Assembly: GCA_021741195.1 (NCBI GenBank)
Contig: JAIOYL010000001.1
Span: 930-64,929 of the forward strand
Direction of reading: 5' to 3'
DNA: 64,000 nt
Source: Sneathiella sp.
GTDB lineage: Bacteria; Pseudomonadota; Alphaproteobacteria; Sneathiellales; Sneathiellaceae
Positions 55,870 through 64,000 of this stretch are shown piece by piece. How positions within the stretch are numbered: the stretch's first letter is position 1; each line of letters starts with the position of its first letter. The notes under the pieces were generated by a model that worked only from the letters and a program-made list of their open reading frames with translations, had not been told where the DNA came from and made no database searches. A program made the translations under genes and the position numbers.

Positions 55870-56364
55870 ATGAAATTTTTAAAATCGATGGCATTTGCGT
55901 CATTACTCCTCGTTGTTGGAGTAAGTACCGGCTCAGACATGTTTCTTGCCCATGCCGCAGAGAAAAACGGGATTGTTGTGGAGGACGCCTGGTCCCGCGA
56001 GCGCCCGGCCGGAGCGATCGTCGGCGGCGCCTTTGTGACCATTCACAACAAGGAGGGCGAGCAGGATCAGCTAGTCGCTGCCTCCAGTCCTATCGCCGAC
56101 AAGGTCGAGATCCATACGACAGTGATGCAGGGCGGAGTTATGAGTATGTTGCGGCAGGAGGAGCTGATCATTCCGGCGGGCGAAACCATTGTCATGAAGC
56201 CGGGTGGTTTTCACGTGATGCTGATGGGGCTCAAGGAAAATCTGGAAAAGGGCAAGAAATTTCCGCTCACCCTTAATTTCGCGCGTGCCGGGGAAATCAC
56301 CGTCGAGGTCCATGTCAAAGAGGCCGGCGCAATGAATATGGACATGAAAATGAACAAAGAGTAA
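55870..56364 (+). CDS. PCu(A)C copper chaperone
   Basis: Signal peptide. VEIHTT...M.M...PGGFHVMLMG (H-Xn-M-X22-H-X-M). ATG at 55870, or TTG at 55852. Confidence 0.92.
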   Translation: MKFLKSMAFASLLLVVGVSTGSDMFLAHAAEKNGIVVEDAWSRERPAGAIVGGAFVTIHNKEGEQDQLVAASSPIADKVEIHTTVMQGGVMSMLRQEELIIPAGETIVMKPGGFHVMLMGLKENLEKGKKFPLTLNFARAGEITVEVHVKEAGAMNMDMKMNKE

Positions 56365-56385
56365 TTTTCTTGTCGCTCAATGAGG

Positions 56386-56412
56386 AAAGGGGCTGTGTGA
56401 CGCAGCCCCTTT
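56386..56412. terminator. Bidirectional intrinsic terminator
   Basis: AAAGGGGCTG-N7-CAGCCCCTTT between convergent genes. Confidence 0.8.
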
Positions 56413-56416
56413 GTTG

Positions 56417-57247
56417 TTAAAACTGCGCAGTCGCCAATACAGCGAGTTCGCCGTCCGGGCCCGCGACCCAGACAGTGCTTTGATCGTCATTGTCGGCTTT
56501 TCCGGCGATCTTGAAGGACGCCGTATCGAAAATGGGACTGTAATTTCTGAAATTGAAATGCTTCAGCGCCCGCCCGCCCATATTCTTGACGGCGAGTCGC
56601 ATCAGTAATGTGCCAAGTAACGGGCCGTGTACGATAAGTCCGGGATACCCCTCTTCATGCAGACAATAGTCGCGGTCATAATGAATTCGGTGGCCGTTAA
56701 ATGTCAAGGCCGAGTAACGGAACAGCATGACCGGGTCCGGCGTAACGGTTTCAACCCACTGACCATCTGTTGGCGCGGGCTGCAGTTTTTTCTGTCCGCT
56801 ACCATTATTGGTTGGGGCCGCGCGGAAGACGATGTCATGCTCCTCCGTTATGCACAGGCCGTTTACATTGGTTACCTGGTGCTCCACGGTCACGAATACG
56901 AGCGCACCTGAATTGCCTTCCTTTGGCGTGACGCTTTTGATCGTCGAGGTTTTTTCTGCCAAATCCCCCGCTTTCAGTTCCTGGTGAAACGTCAGCCTTC
57001 CGCCGGCCCACATGCGCCTCGGCAGCTCGGCGGGCGGCAGAAAATCGCCTTTAAAGGCATGCCCGTCATGGGCAAGGCGCGATTGTTTGTCTGTCGGCAA
57101 AAAATACATCCAATGTCCGCCCGGCGGCACGATCGCCGACGCTGGACTATCCTCATCCATCAGCGCCGCAAAACCGTTTAAAGATTGTTGGTGGATTATT
57201 TCCGAGCGCTTTTCCTGATTGCCAACCCAGTTTTCCAGTTTTTTCAT
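56417..57247 (-). CDS. Double hot-dog MaoC-like dehydratase (itaconyl-/mesaconyl-CoA hydratase-like, HTD2 family)
   Basis: LPRRMWAGG, LFRYSALTFNGHRIHYD, LIVHGPL. Confidence 0.85.
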   Translation of the reverse strand: MKKLENWVGNQEKRSEIIHQQSLNGFAALMDEDSPASAIVPPGGHWMYFLPTDKQSRLAHDGHAFKGDFLPPAELPRRMWAGGRLTFHQELKAGDLAEKTSTIKSVTPKEGNSGALVFVTVEHQVTNVNGLCITEEHDIVFRAAPTNNGSGQKKLQPAPTDGQWVETVTPDPVMLFRYSALTFNGHRIHYDRDYCLHEEGYPGLIVHGPLLGTLLMRLAVKNMGGRALKHFNFRNYSPIFDTASFKIAGKADNDDQSTVWVAGPDGELAVLATAQF

Positions 57248-57340
57248 TTGTTTTTTTCTCGCGGTTGCGTTTCATGTATCGATTTGTTTAGCATAGGTGC
57301 ATTATCCCGCCCCGTAAACTTTTCAAACCAGAGAGCTGTC

Positions 57341-58297
57341 ATGTTGGATAAGTCAGACGCCTATAAATTATCCGATATCGATTTGAAGGATAATATGGAT
57401 GTTGGAGCGGCGGCAAAGGTGATTTTTCGGGAATGCGCGCATCATCTTACGACAAATTTTCATCAGTTTAGAAAAAGCGGCGATCCGGCGGCCTTGATGC
57501 AAATTCGCATCGGCGTGAGACGCATCCGGGTGGCGCTTTATGTTTTCAGGCCGGTTATCCAGAAGGAAATCCGGACGAATTTCAACCGCGAATACCGATA
57601 CTTCGGTAACCTCCTGGGAGATGCCAGAAATATGGATGTTTTCCTTGACGGAACGTTGGCTCCCGATACGAAACATAAAGAATTCCGAAAAGTTTCGAAG
57701 GAACTCTTGCGCCATGGAGAAGATCTGCGCGCGGAAGAATATGATATTATCGGCCGTGAAATTTCCGGCGGGCATTTTGAACGGGTATCGAAATCGTTTG
57801 AAAAATGGCTGCAATACAGCTGGGGCTCAAAACTTGGGCGGTCGGCGAAACGGGTCATGGGTGCTCCCATTGCCCCTTTTGCGCTGACGGCGATTGATGA
57901 AGCGAATATAGAACTGCTTAACCGCGGTGCGGATGTGGAACATCTGTCAGCCAGCGAATTGCATGATCTTCGCAAATATATCAAACGCTCACGGTATCAT
58001 TTACGCTTTTTCGCATCTCTGTTTCATGAAAACAAAATAAAGGAGGGATTTTCTCTTCTCGTGCAAATGCAGGATTGCCTTGGGCATATCAACGATGTGA
58101 AGGAGGGGATGATTATCCTCGGGCGTCTGAGCGCAAATGTCAGGGCGGATTATTTCGGGGAGACCTTGCTCTTCAATGCAAGTGTTTTCAAGGACGCGAG
58201 CAAGGAAGTTGACCGTCACCTGAAAGATTTCCGGTCACTTTGGGCGGCGTATGAAGATTTTTCCCTCGATAGGCGGGATCTTAGGGCTGAGGTCTAA
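57341..58297 (+). CDS. Stand-alone CHAD domain protein
   Basis: RIGVRRIRVAL, LGDARNMDVF, LHDLRK.IKR.RY, QDCLGHIND. Confidence 0.85.
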   Translation: MLDKSDAYKLSDIDLKDNMDVGAAAKVIFRECAHHLTTNFHQFRKSGDPAALMQIRIGVRRIRVALYVFRPVIQKEIRTNFNREYRYFGNLLGDARNMDVFLDGTLAPDTKHKEFRKVSKELLRHGEDLRAEEYDIIGREISGGHFERVSKSFEKWLQYSWGSKLGRSAKRVMGAPIAPFALTAIDEANIELLNRGADVEHLSASELHDLRKYIKRSRYHLRFFASLFHENKIKEGFSLLVQMQDCLGHINDVKEGMIILGRLSANVRADYFGETLLFNASVFKDASKEVDRHLKDFRSLWAAYEDFSLDRRDLRAEV

Positions 58298-58310
58298 AGT
58301 ATCCGTTCGG

Positions 58311-59129
58311 TCATTTCCGGTGAAAGGGAAGAGCGAGCATCCAGAACATGCTTTGCTTTCGATCGTTTTGATATTCATCGAGTCCAACGGTCATCCTGTC
58401 ATGGCCTTTTGATGGCTCGGCCATATAGGTGCCAAAAAGATAATCCCACCAAGGCAGGTTAAAGCCGAAATTGCTGTTATGTTCAGCGCGGATAACCGAA
58501 TGATGAACCCGGTGCATATCCGGCGTAACAACAAACAAGCGAAGTATTCTATCAATACCCTTGGGTAATCCGGCATTTGCATGATTGAACATGGCGACGG
58601 AGCTGAGCAATATCTCGAAAATGATCACCGCGACGACCGGTGGCCCAAGCAACAGGACCACGGCCAATTTCAGAAGCATGGAAAGCATGATCTCGATCGG
58701 ATGAAAGCGGGCGCCGGTCGAGACATCGTAATCGACATCCGCATGATGCATTTTGTGCAATTGCCATAGAATGGAAAACCGGTGAAAAATTACATGTTGC
58801 CAGTAGACGACCATGTCCTGAAGGGCAACGGCAATGACAATGGAGACGAGGATCGGCAGATCCACCAAATTGAGAAGTCCCCAGCCTCTCTCCGCCGCAA
58901 TCGCGGCAAGCCCGACTGCAAGAATGGGAAACAGGAGTCTCAGCAAAAAGGTATTGAAAAAAGTCACGGCGAAATTATTCGTCCAGCGCCAGACCTTCGA
59001 AACGCTTGGCCTGCGCTTCGGGGCGACGGTTTCCCACAGCCCAACCGCGCAAAGTGTTCCAAGAAAGAACCCCAGGCGTATTGTCGGCTCATGGCTGGCT
59101 ATAAAGTCGAGCATGATTTTGTCTGACAC
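58311..59129 (-). CDS. Sterol desaturase/fatty acid hydroxylase family
   Basis: His boxes YWQHVIFH, HKMHH, FNHAN, HRVHH. Confidence 0.92.
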   Translation of the reverse strand: MSDKIMLDFIASHEPTIRLGFFLGTLCAVGLWETVAPKRRPSVSKVWRWTNNFAVTFFNTFLLRLLFPILAVGLAAIAAERGWGLLNLVDLPILVSIVIAVALQDMVVYWQHVIFHRFSILWQLHKMHHADVDYDVSTGARFHPIEIMLSMLLKLAVVLLLGPPVVAVIIFEILLSSVAMFNHANAGLPKGIDRILRLFVVTPDMHRVHHSVIRAEHNSNFGFNLPWWDYLFGTYMAEPSKGHDRMTVGLDEYQNDRKQSMFWMLALPFHRK

Positions 59130-59242
59130 TCCCTTGATCTCGGGACAAAATAGGCGGCGCGACAGGCAATGACCATAAAATTCAGCCGTCTAGCGAAAAA
59201 GTGAAGACGGAGGGATGTTGGTTTGGCGGCGCTTCTTTCCAG

Positions 59243-59788
59243 CTAAACTGTCTGCGCTGCGGACTGGCCCGCGCCGACTTCGCCCATATATTTAATGTCG
59301 TCGCTAATGGCTTTCAGTAGGGAATGCGCCCGTTCGAAATCGGCTTTTCGGCCTCCTGTGCGTATCGTCAGTGTGCCTTCTGATGCGTCTTGCTCACTGC
59401 CGAGGGCCGGCGCATCCAGCCAATGCGCTCCTTTTTCCTCAACGAGTTTCGCATATCTGCGCGTTCCGTCGGGCGAGGTCTGGCCGAGATCGATGACCAA
59501 CGCGCCTGTAGCGAGATTGGAGAGCAATCCATCCTCGCCACCAAGAAAGGCATCAATCAAGGACTCTTTGGACAGCATCAGAATAATTATTCCATCCTTC
59601 AGCTTGTCACTCACCTCACTGGGAGCCTGGCATATATCAACGGCGTCGCGGGCGATTTTATAGCGCAAGGCCGGCGAACGGCTCGTCGCACGAATAACAG
59701 CCCCTTCCGATTTCAGCCGCCGTAAAACCGGACGTCCGATGTCGCCAAGACCCAAAAAACCAACTTCAATCCCTGCCAATTGCGCCAT
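59243..59788 (-). CDS. NAD(P)-binding domain of 3-hydroxyisobutyrate/6PG dehydrogenase family, lacking the C-terminal domain
   Basis: GFLGLGDIG, LDAP..GS...A.EGTL, YMGEVGAGQ, then stop. May be a pseudogene. Confidence 0.6.
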   Translation of the reverse strand: MAQLAGIEVGFLGLGDIGRPVLRRLKSEGAVIRATSRSPALRYKIARDAVDICQAPSEVSDKLKDGIIILMLSKESLIDAFLGGEDGLLSNLATGALVIDLGQTSPDGTRRYAKLVEEKGAHWLDAPALGSEQDASEGTLTIRTGGRKADFERAHSLLKAISDDIKYMGEVGAGQSAAQTV

Positions 59789-59858
59789 GCGCCTTCTCCC
59801 TCTTTTATTGTGAAAAGAGTATTATATGAAGCCGCCGCTTTGGCAAATATTTGTTGGA

Positions 59859-60269
59859 TTAAAGCCGTGTGAAGCGAACGGCGGCGCCCCGTTCAATGGC
59901 GGCAGCGGTCAGGCGGTCGATATCCAGGCCGTGGCGCAGCATTTCCAGCATCCGGAGTTCTTCCTGACTGAGTTGACCGTCTGAAACAGCCACGTCGCAG
60001 GCGAGCGCGTAAGCCGTATCATAGAGCTTTTTTGGCAAGACGGCGCGTATCTTGCGGATAATTTCTTCCAGTTTCTGATCCCCGTTGAGCATATCAACGC
60101 AGGTCGCGGCGTCGTCAGGGAGATGCTCTTCTTCATATTCGGAAAAGACGGGAAGGGTGCGAACAATTTCACCGATTGTGAAAAGCTCCCGGTCTGTCAT
60201 TTCGCGATCTGCCGCGGATACAATAACCATGGTCGAAATTAGGGCAGTATGCAGGTTGAGTGACGTCAT
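59859..60269 (-). CDS. TerB-like (tellurite resistance B) family protein
   Basis: MVIVSAAD.EMTDRE, AYALACDVA.SDG..S.EELRMLE. Likely start MTSLN at 60269. Confidence 0.85.
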   Translation of the reverse strand: MTSLNLHTALISTMVIVSAADREMTDRELFTIGEIVRTLPVFSEYEEEHLPDDAATCVDMLNGDQKLEEIIRKIRAVLPKKLYDTAYALACDVAVSDGQLSQEELRMLEMLRHGLDIDRLTAAAIERGAAVRFTRL

Positions 60270-60330
60270 ACGACGGTATCTCCGGTTTAATAATGAACAA
60301 GTGCCGTCAGAATATGTGGTTCGATCCCGA

Positions 60331-63105
60331 TTATCCAATGATATTTTTTTTAAATGCTTGTTCTTTCTCGGCAATAAAGTTCCGGGTGAGAGCAATTGCG
60401 TTTTTGAGGCCAAGGCGGTGAATTTCGACGTCCGGTGGGAAGGCGGAGGTAAGGCGGGACGGTAGCATGCTGTCAAGCATCACGAAAACCCCGAAATCGT
60501 CCTCGCGCCGGAGCAGTCGGCCGTAGGCCTGCTTGAGTTTGAGACGGGTCAGTTTGTCGTCATATTTGCTGCCGCCGAAGGCCTTTTTCCGCGCCTTATG
60601 CTTGATGTCCGGGCGCGGCCAGGGGATCCGGTCGAAAACCAGCAGGCGAAGCGACCGTCCCGGAACGTCGACGCCATCGCGTACCGCATCGGTGCCGAGC
60701 AGAACCGAATTTTCCTCCTCACGGAAGATATCGACAAGAGTTGAGGTATCGAGCGCATCCTGATGCTGGGCATAGAGATCGAGCCCGGCAGCAGCCAATG
60801 GTCCCCGGATATTTTCATGCACCGCACGTAACCGCCAGATTGCCGTGAACAATCCGAGTGCGCCGCCGCCACTTGCGAGAAACAGTTCCCGATAGGCGGC
60901 CGAAACTTCCTTCATATGATCGCGGCGGACATCGGTGACCACGATCACCCGCGTTTGCCGCGCAAAATTAAATGGAGAGGCGAGATGAGCGCGCATCGGC
61001 GGCAGGACCATGTGATGCGCCCCGGTGCGCATGTCTGCCGCCTGCCAGCTTTCATCTTCCCCGAAGCTATCGCGTAATGTGGCGGACGTTATAACAACTC
61101 CATGCGCTGGCTTGAGGATTGTTTCGGCGAACGGACGCGTGGGATCGATATAGCTTCGGTAATATCCAAGATCGAGTTCGCGCCCGGCGACGCGTTCAAT
61201 GGCGAACCAGTCGACAAAACCATCCGGAGTCGGATTTTCCAGTTCTTTCAGCATCTCGCGCCAGGGCGTAATTGCAAGCAGGGTGCGGCGGGAAATTCCT
61301 TGAACCGCAGCCTCAATGCGGTGGCGGGTCGCCGTGTCTAGTTCCTCCGCCTCTTCGTCGAGTTTACCCAGCAGAATTTTGGCAAGCTTTGTCATGGGGG
61401 AGGCGAGACCCGTAAGTGCCTTTTCAAGTTTTTGCGCGGCATCGGGCAGCTCCGGCACAATATCGTCAATTGCGCATTCTATGGAATATGGACTGTCAGG
61501 CTGGCCGCATCGTGCCAGAACCTGTCTGCGGATATGGGTCAGGAATTCTTCCATCGGGCCGCTTGGCGCCCCCTCGCGAACCCGCGCGAGCCAGCCTTCC
61601 GCCGGCAGCTTGCGCGCCGCACGGATGGCCTTCTGCAATGCATCGTTGCCGGATTCATTATCACCAATCAGATCCGAGATGCGATTTTCGAGGCCCCGCA
61701 TCCGGCTCTTGCGGCCTGTATCGCTTCCGGCAATCCAGCGGCGAAGCTCCGCTGTCTCCTGACCGGTAAGATGGGCGGAAAAGGCGCTGTCGGCGGCATC
61801 AAAAAGATGATGGCCTTCATCAAATACATACCGTTTCGGAAGATAAGGATCATCGGGGCGGGTCGCGCCGTTGATCATGACGAGTGCGTGATTGGCGATA
61901 ACGATATCTGCCTTTCGCGCCTTGCGCCCGGATTTTTCGATGAAGCATTTGCGGTAATGTGGACAGGCGGAATAAATGCATTCCCCGCGCCGGTCCGCGA
62001 GCCGTGTAATCCGCCCGCGGCCCTCCAGCTCCAGCAGCCAGCTTGGGAAATCGCCGCCGACCATATCCCCATCGCGCGTCGCTTCGATCCAACTGGCCAC
62101 CAGGCCAAGGACGACCTGCTCCGAATTTGGCGCGGCGCCGCCCTGGAGCGCTTCTTCAAAGTTCAACAGGCACAGGTAATTTTCGCGGCCTTTTCGGATA
62201 ACCGCTTTCCCGGCTTTCTTGGCCGGGTCCTGATAGAGTCGGTCAAGCTCGTCATCGATCTGCCGCTGCAGGTTCTTGGTGAAGGTCGAAATCCAGACTG
62301 CTGTCCCGTTTTTCTCTGCCCAGAGGCTGGCGGGCGCGATATAGCCAAGGGTCTTTCCTGTGCCGGTCCCGGCTTCCGCCAGCACAATATTCGGCACATC
62401 CGCCTGATTGCGTGGAACAAAGGCGTGGGAGGCAAGTGCGCTGAAATCGGCCTGCTGGGGCCGTGCTTCCGCATTGTCCCCCAACATTTCTTTCAAGCGT
62501 TCGCGCGCTTCAAATTCGCTGACCGCGATATCGTCCGCTGGCGGTTCCGGCGCAAAATCCGGCCATTCAGAAAGATCGCGCCAGACGTCCAGACCTCCGA
62601 AACGATCCCGGCTTTCCGCCAGCCCAAGCGCCGCCAGAACCGACGGCGCCCAGTTCCATCCCGCCTGGCCCATGGTCATGGCGATCGCCATTGCCGATTT
62701 CCAGTTATTATTTTTTAAACCGGTTAAATTGGACAAAATAATATTTGCTGCATCGAAAAGGGCGAGTGTCTGTTCCTCCGGATCCGCCGATACTGGCAGA
62801 CCGGCGGCCTTGGCGATCCCTCGGGCGGTTGGCAGGCATTGGCGGGCTGGAAAGGTAAAGGCGTAAAGTTCCATAAGGTCAAATGCGGGAAAAGGATTGA
62901 CGCCGAGACGGCGCGCAACATTCGGTCGATGGACGAGGAGCGGCGGCTCGCGCAGGACCCGCGCGGCGGCACGCTGAAGGCTGGTTTTCTCAATCTCGCC
63001 ATCTGCCGTCAGCCAGAATGCCACCTCTCCACCAAGCACCAGAACCGGTACTTCGGGGAGACGAATCTCGCCATTTCCTTTGTTGCTGTTTGTTTTTTGG
63101 CCCAT
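60331..63105 (-). CDS. dinG: ATP-dependent DNA helicase, DinG/YoaA family
   Basis: EAGTGTGKT, KGRENYLC, CIYSACPHYRKC Fe-S cysteines, DEGH, TSATL, DGVDVPG, QAYGRLLR. Confidence 0.9.
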   Translation of the reverse strand: MGQKTNSNKGNGEIRLPEVPVLVLGGEVAFWLTADGEIEKTSLQRAAARVLREPPLLVHRPNVARRLGVNPFPAFDLMELYAFTFPARQCLPTARGIAKAAGLPVSADPEEQTLALFDAANIILSNLTGLKNNNWKSAMAIAMTMGQAGWNWAPSVLAALGLAESRDRFGGLDVWRDLSEWPDFAPEPPADDIAVSEFEARERLKEMLGDNAEARPQQADFSALASHAFVPRNQADVPNIVLAEAGTGTGKTLGYIAPASLWAEKNGTAVWISTFTKNLQRQIDDELDRLYQDPAKKAGKAVIRKGRENYLCLLNFEEALQGGAAPNSEQVVLGLVASWIEATRDGDMVGGDFPSWLLELEGRGRITRLADRRGECIYSACPHYRKCFIEKSGRKARKADIVIANHALVMINGATRPDDPYLPKRYVFDEGHHLFDAADSAFSAHLTGQETAELRRWIAGSDTGRKSRMRGLENRISDLIGDNESGNDALQKAIRAARKLPAEGWLARVREGAPSGPMEEFLTHIRRQVLARCGQPDSPYSIECAIDDIVPELPDAAQKLEKALTGLASPMTKLAKILLGKLDEEAEELDTATRHRIEAAVQGISRRTLLAITPWREMLKELENPTPDGFVDWFAIERVAGRELDLGYYRSYIDPTRPFAETILKPAHGVVITSATLRDSFGEDESWQAADMRTGAHHMVLPPMRAHLASPFNFARQTRVIVVTDVRRDHMKEVSAAYRELFLASGGGALGLFTAIWRLRAVHENIRGPLAAAGLDLYAQHQDALDTSTLVDIFREEENSVLLGTDAVRDGVDVPGRSLRLLVFDRIPWPRPDIKHKARKKAFGGSKYDDKLTRLKLKQAYGRLLRREDDFGVFVMLDSMLPSRLTSAFPPDVEIHRLGLKNAIALTRNFIAEKEQAFKKNIIG

Positions 63106-63210
63106 TTCCGCCTGTTCATCGCAAATTTTGAGTTGCGGTCGTTGACGTCATCCAGTTGTACGCCTACATTCCGCGCTTTCGAACGATCCTAAACCTCGGA
63201 GAAGGTCATT

Positions 63211-64000
63211 ATGTCACCGGAAGCTGAAATTGCACTATCGAGTAACTCCTGGGCATTTGTCGAGGCAAAAAAACTCGTGGACCGGTATGGAAAGGGCGCG
63301 CCGGAAAAGGGGTATGTGCTGTTTGAGACCGGCTATGGCCCCTCTGGCCTGCCGCATATTGGCACTTTTGGCGAGGTGGCGCGCACGACAATGGTCCGCC
63401 ATGCGTTCAGTATCCTCTCCGACATCCCGACCCGCCTGATCGCCTTTTCCGACGATATGGATGGACTTCGTAAAGTCCCGGATAATGTTCCCAATCAGGA
63501 ATTGCTGCAGGCGAACCTTTACAAGCCACTGACGCAGGTGCCGGATCCTTTCGGGACCCATAACAGTTTTGGCGAACATAATAACGCCCGCCTCCAGGCT
63601 TTCCTGAATCAGTTCGGCTTCGAGTACGAATTTAAGTCCTCTACCGAATGCTATAAATCTGGCATGTTCGATGAGAGCCTGTTGCTGGTGCTGAAAAACT
63701 ATGACGCCATCATCAATGTCATTTTGCCGACCCTCGGGGCGGAGCGTACCGCAACCTATTCCCCCTTTCTGCCGATCTGTCCGCGCACCGACGTGGTCCT
63801 GCAGGAGCCGATCATCGCCCGCGACGTGGCGGCGGGGACGGTCACCTACAAGGATCCGGAAACGGGAGAGGACGTTACCGTTCCGGTGACAGGGGGCCAT
63901 TGCAAATTGCAGTGGAAAGTCGACTGGGCGATGCGCTGGCATGCGCTCGACGTTGACTATGAAATGGCGGGCAAGGATCTGATTGACAGCGTGACGCTGT
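63211..64000 (+). CDS. lysS: Lysine--tRNA ligase class I, partial (runs off the window)
   Basis: Manual translation from ATG at 63211: [16 protein letters not shown]...[24 protein letters not shown]...[12 protein letters not shown]...[12 protein letters not shown]...YEMAGKDL. Confidence 0.95.
   Translation, partial: MSPEAEIALSSNSWAFVEAKKLVDRYGKGAPEKGYVLFETGYGPSGLPHIGTFGEVARTTMVRHAFSILSDIPTRLIAFSDDMDGLRKVPDNVPNQELLQANLYKPLTQVPDPFGTHNSFGEHNNARLQAFLNQFGFEYEFKSSTECYKSGMFDESLLLVLKNYDAIINVILPTLGAERTATYSPFLPICPRTDVVLQEPIIARDVAAGTVTYKDPETGEDVTVPVTGGHCKLQWKVDWAMRWHALDVDYEMAGKDLIDSVTL

Noticed and set aside
61432-62718. 428-aa + strand ORF antisense to dinG
   Set aside because: Shadow ORF of a GC-rich gene, Arg-rich, with no family motifs.
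1-64000. CRISPR arrays, rRNA/tRNA genes, prophage, integrase/transposase or defence genes, selenoprotein UGA read-through
   Set aside because: None seen by eye. The redoxin and MsrB have ordinary Cys codons. tRNAscan-SE and Infernal searches would be needed to exclude small RNAs.

Overview
Gene-dense, mostly housekeeping chromosomal window from an alphaproteobacterium. GcrA, a class I LysRS, IalB and a double cold-shock-domain protein support this; a Rhodospirillales/Sneathiellales-like host is my inference. It holds about 72 CDS, with a partial CYTH gene at the left edge and a partial lysS at the right edge. Core genes include msbA, cobT/cobC-like, folD, argG, rlmN, scoAB, speE, rsmJ, thpR, tesA-ybbAP, msrB, dppBCDF-like, SCO/PCuAC and dinG. 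I saw no rRNA, tRNA, CRISPR array, prophage or intact transposase. The most notable unexplained signal is a 15-nt motif, CTAGGGT-N3-GACCC, found three times. Each copy supplies the TAG stop of a + strand gene at a convergent gene junction, which suggests IS-end relics or a DNA-level binding site. Other points of interest: (1) a Fur-boxed porin + imelysin + di-heme cluster, possibly TonB-independent iron uptake; (2) a Tat-lipoprotein Acg/nitroreductase-fold gene coupled to MarR behind a perfect TGTGA-N6-TCACA site; (3) an M81 peptidase + TTC38-like + DUF962 operon whose TPR protein has two HxxxH motifs; (4) tandem secreted EF-hand mini-proteins; (5) several clean operator palindromes. All family calls come from motif recognition, not database searches.
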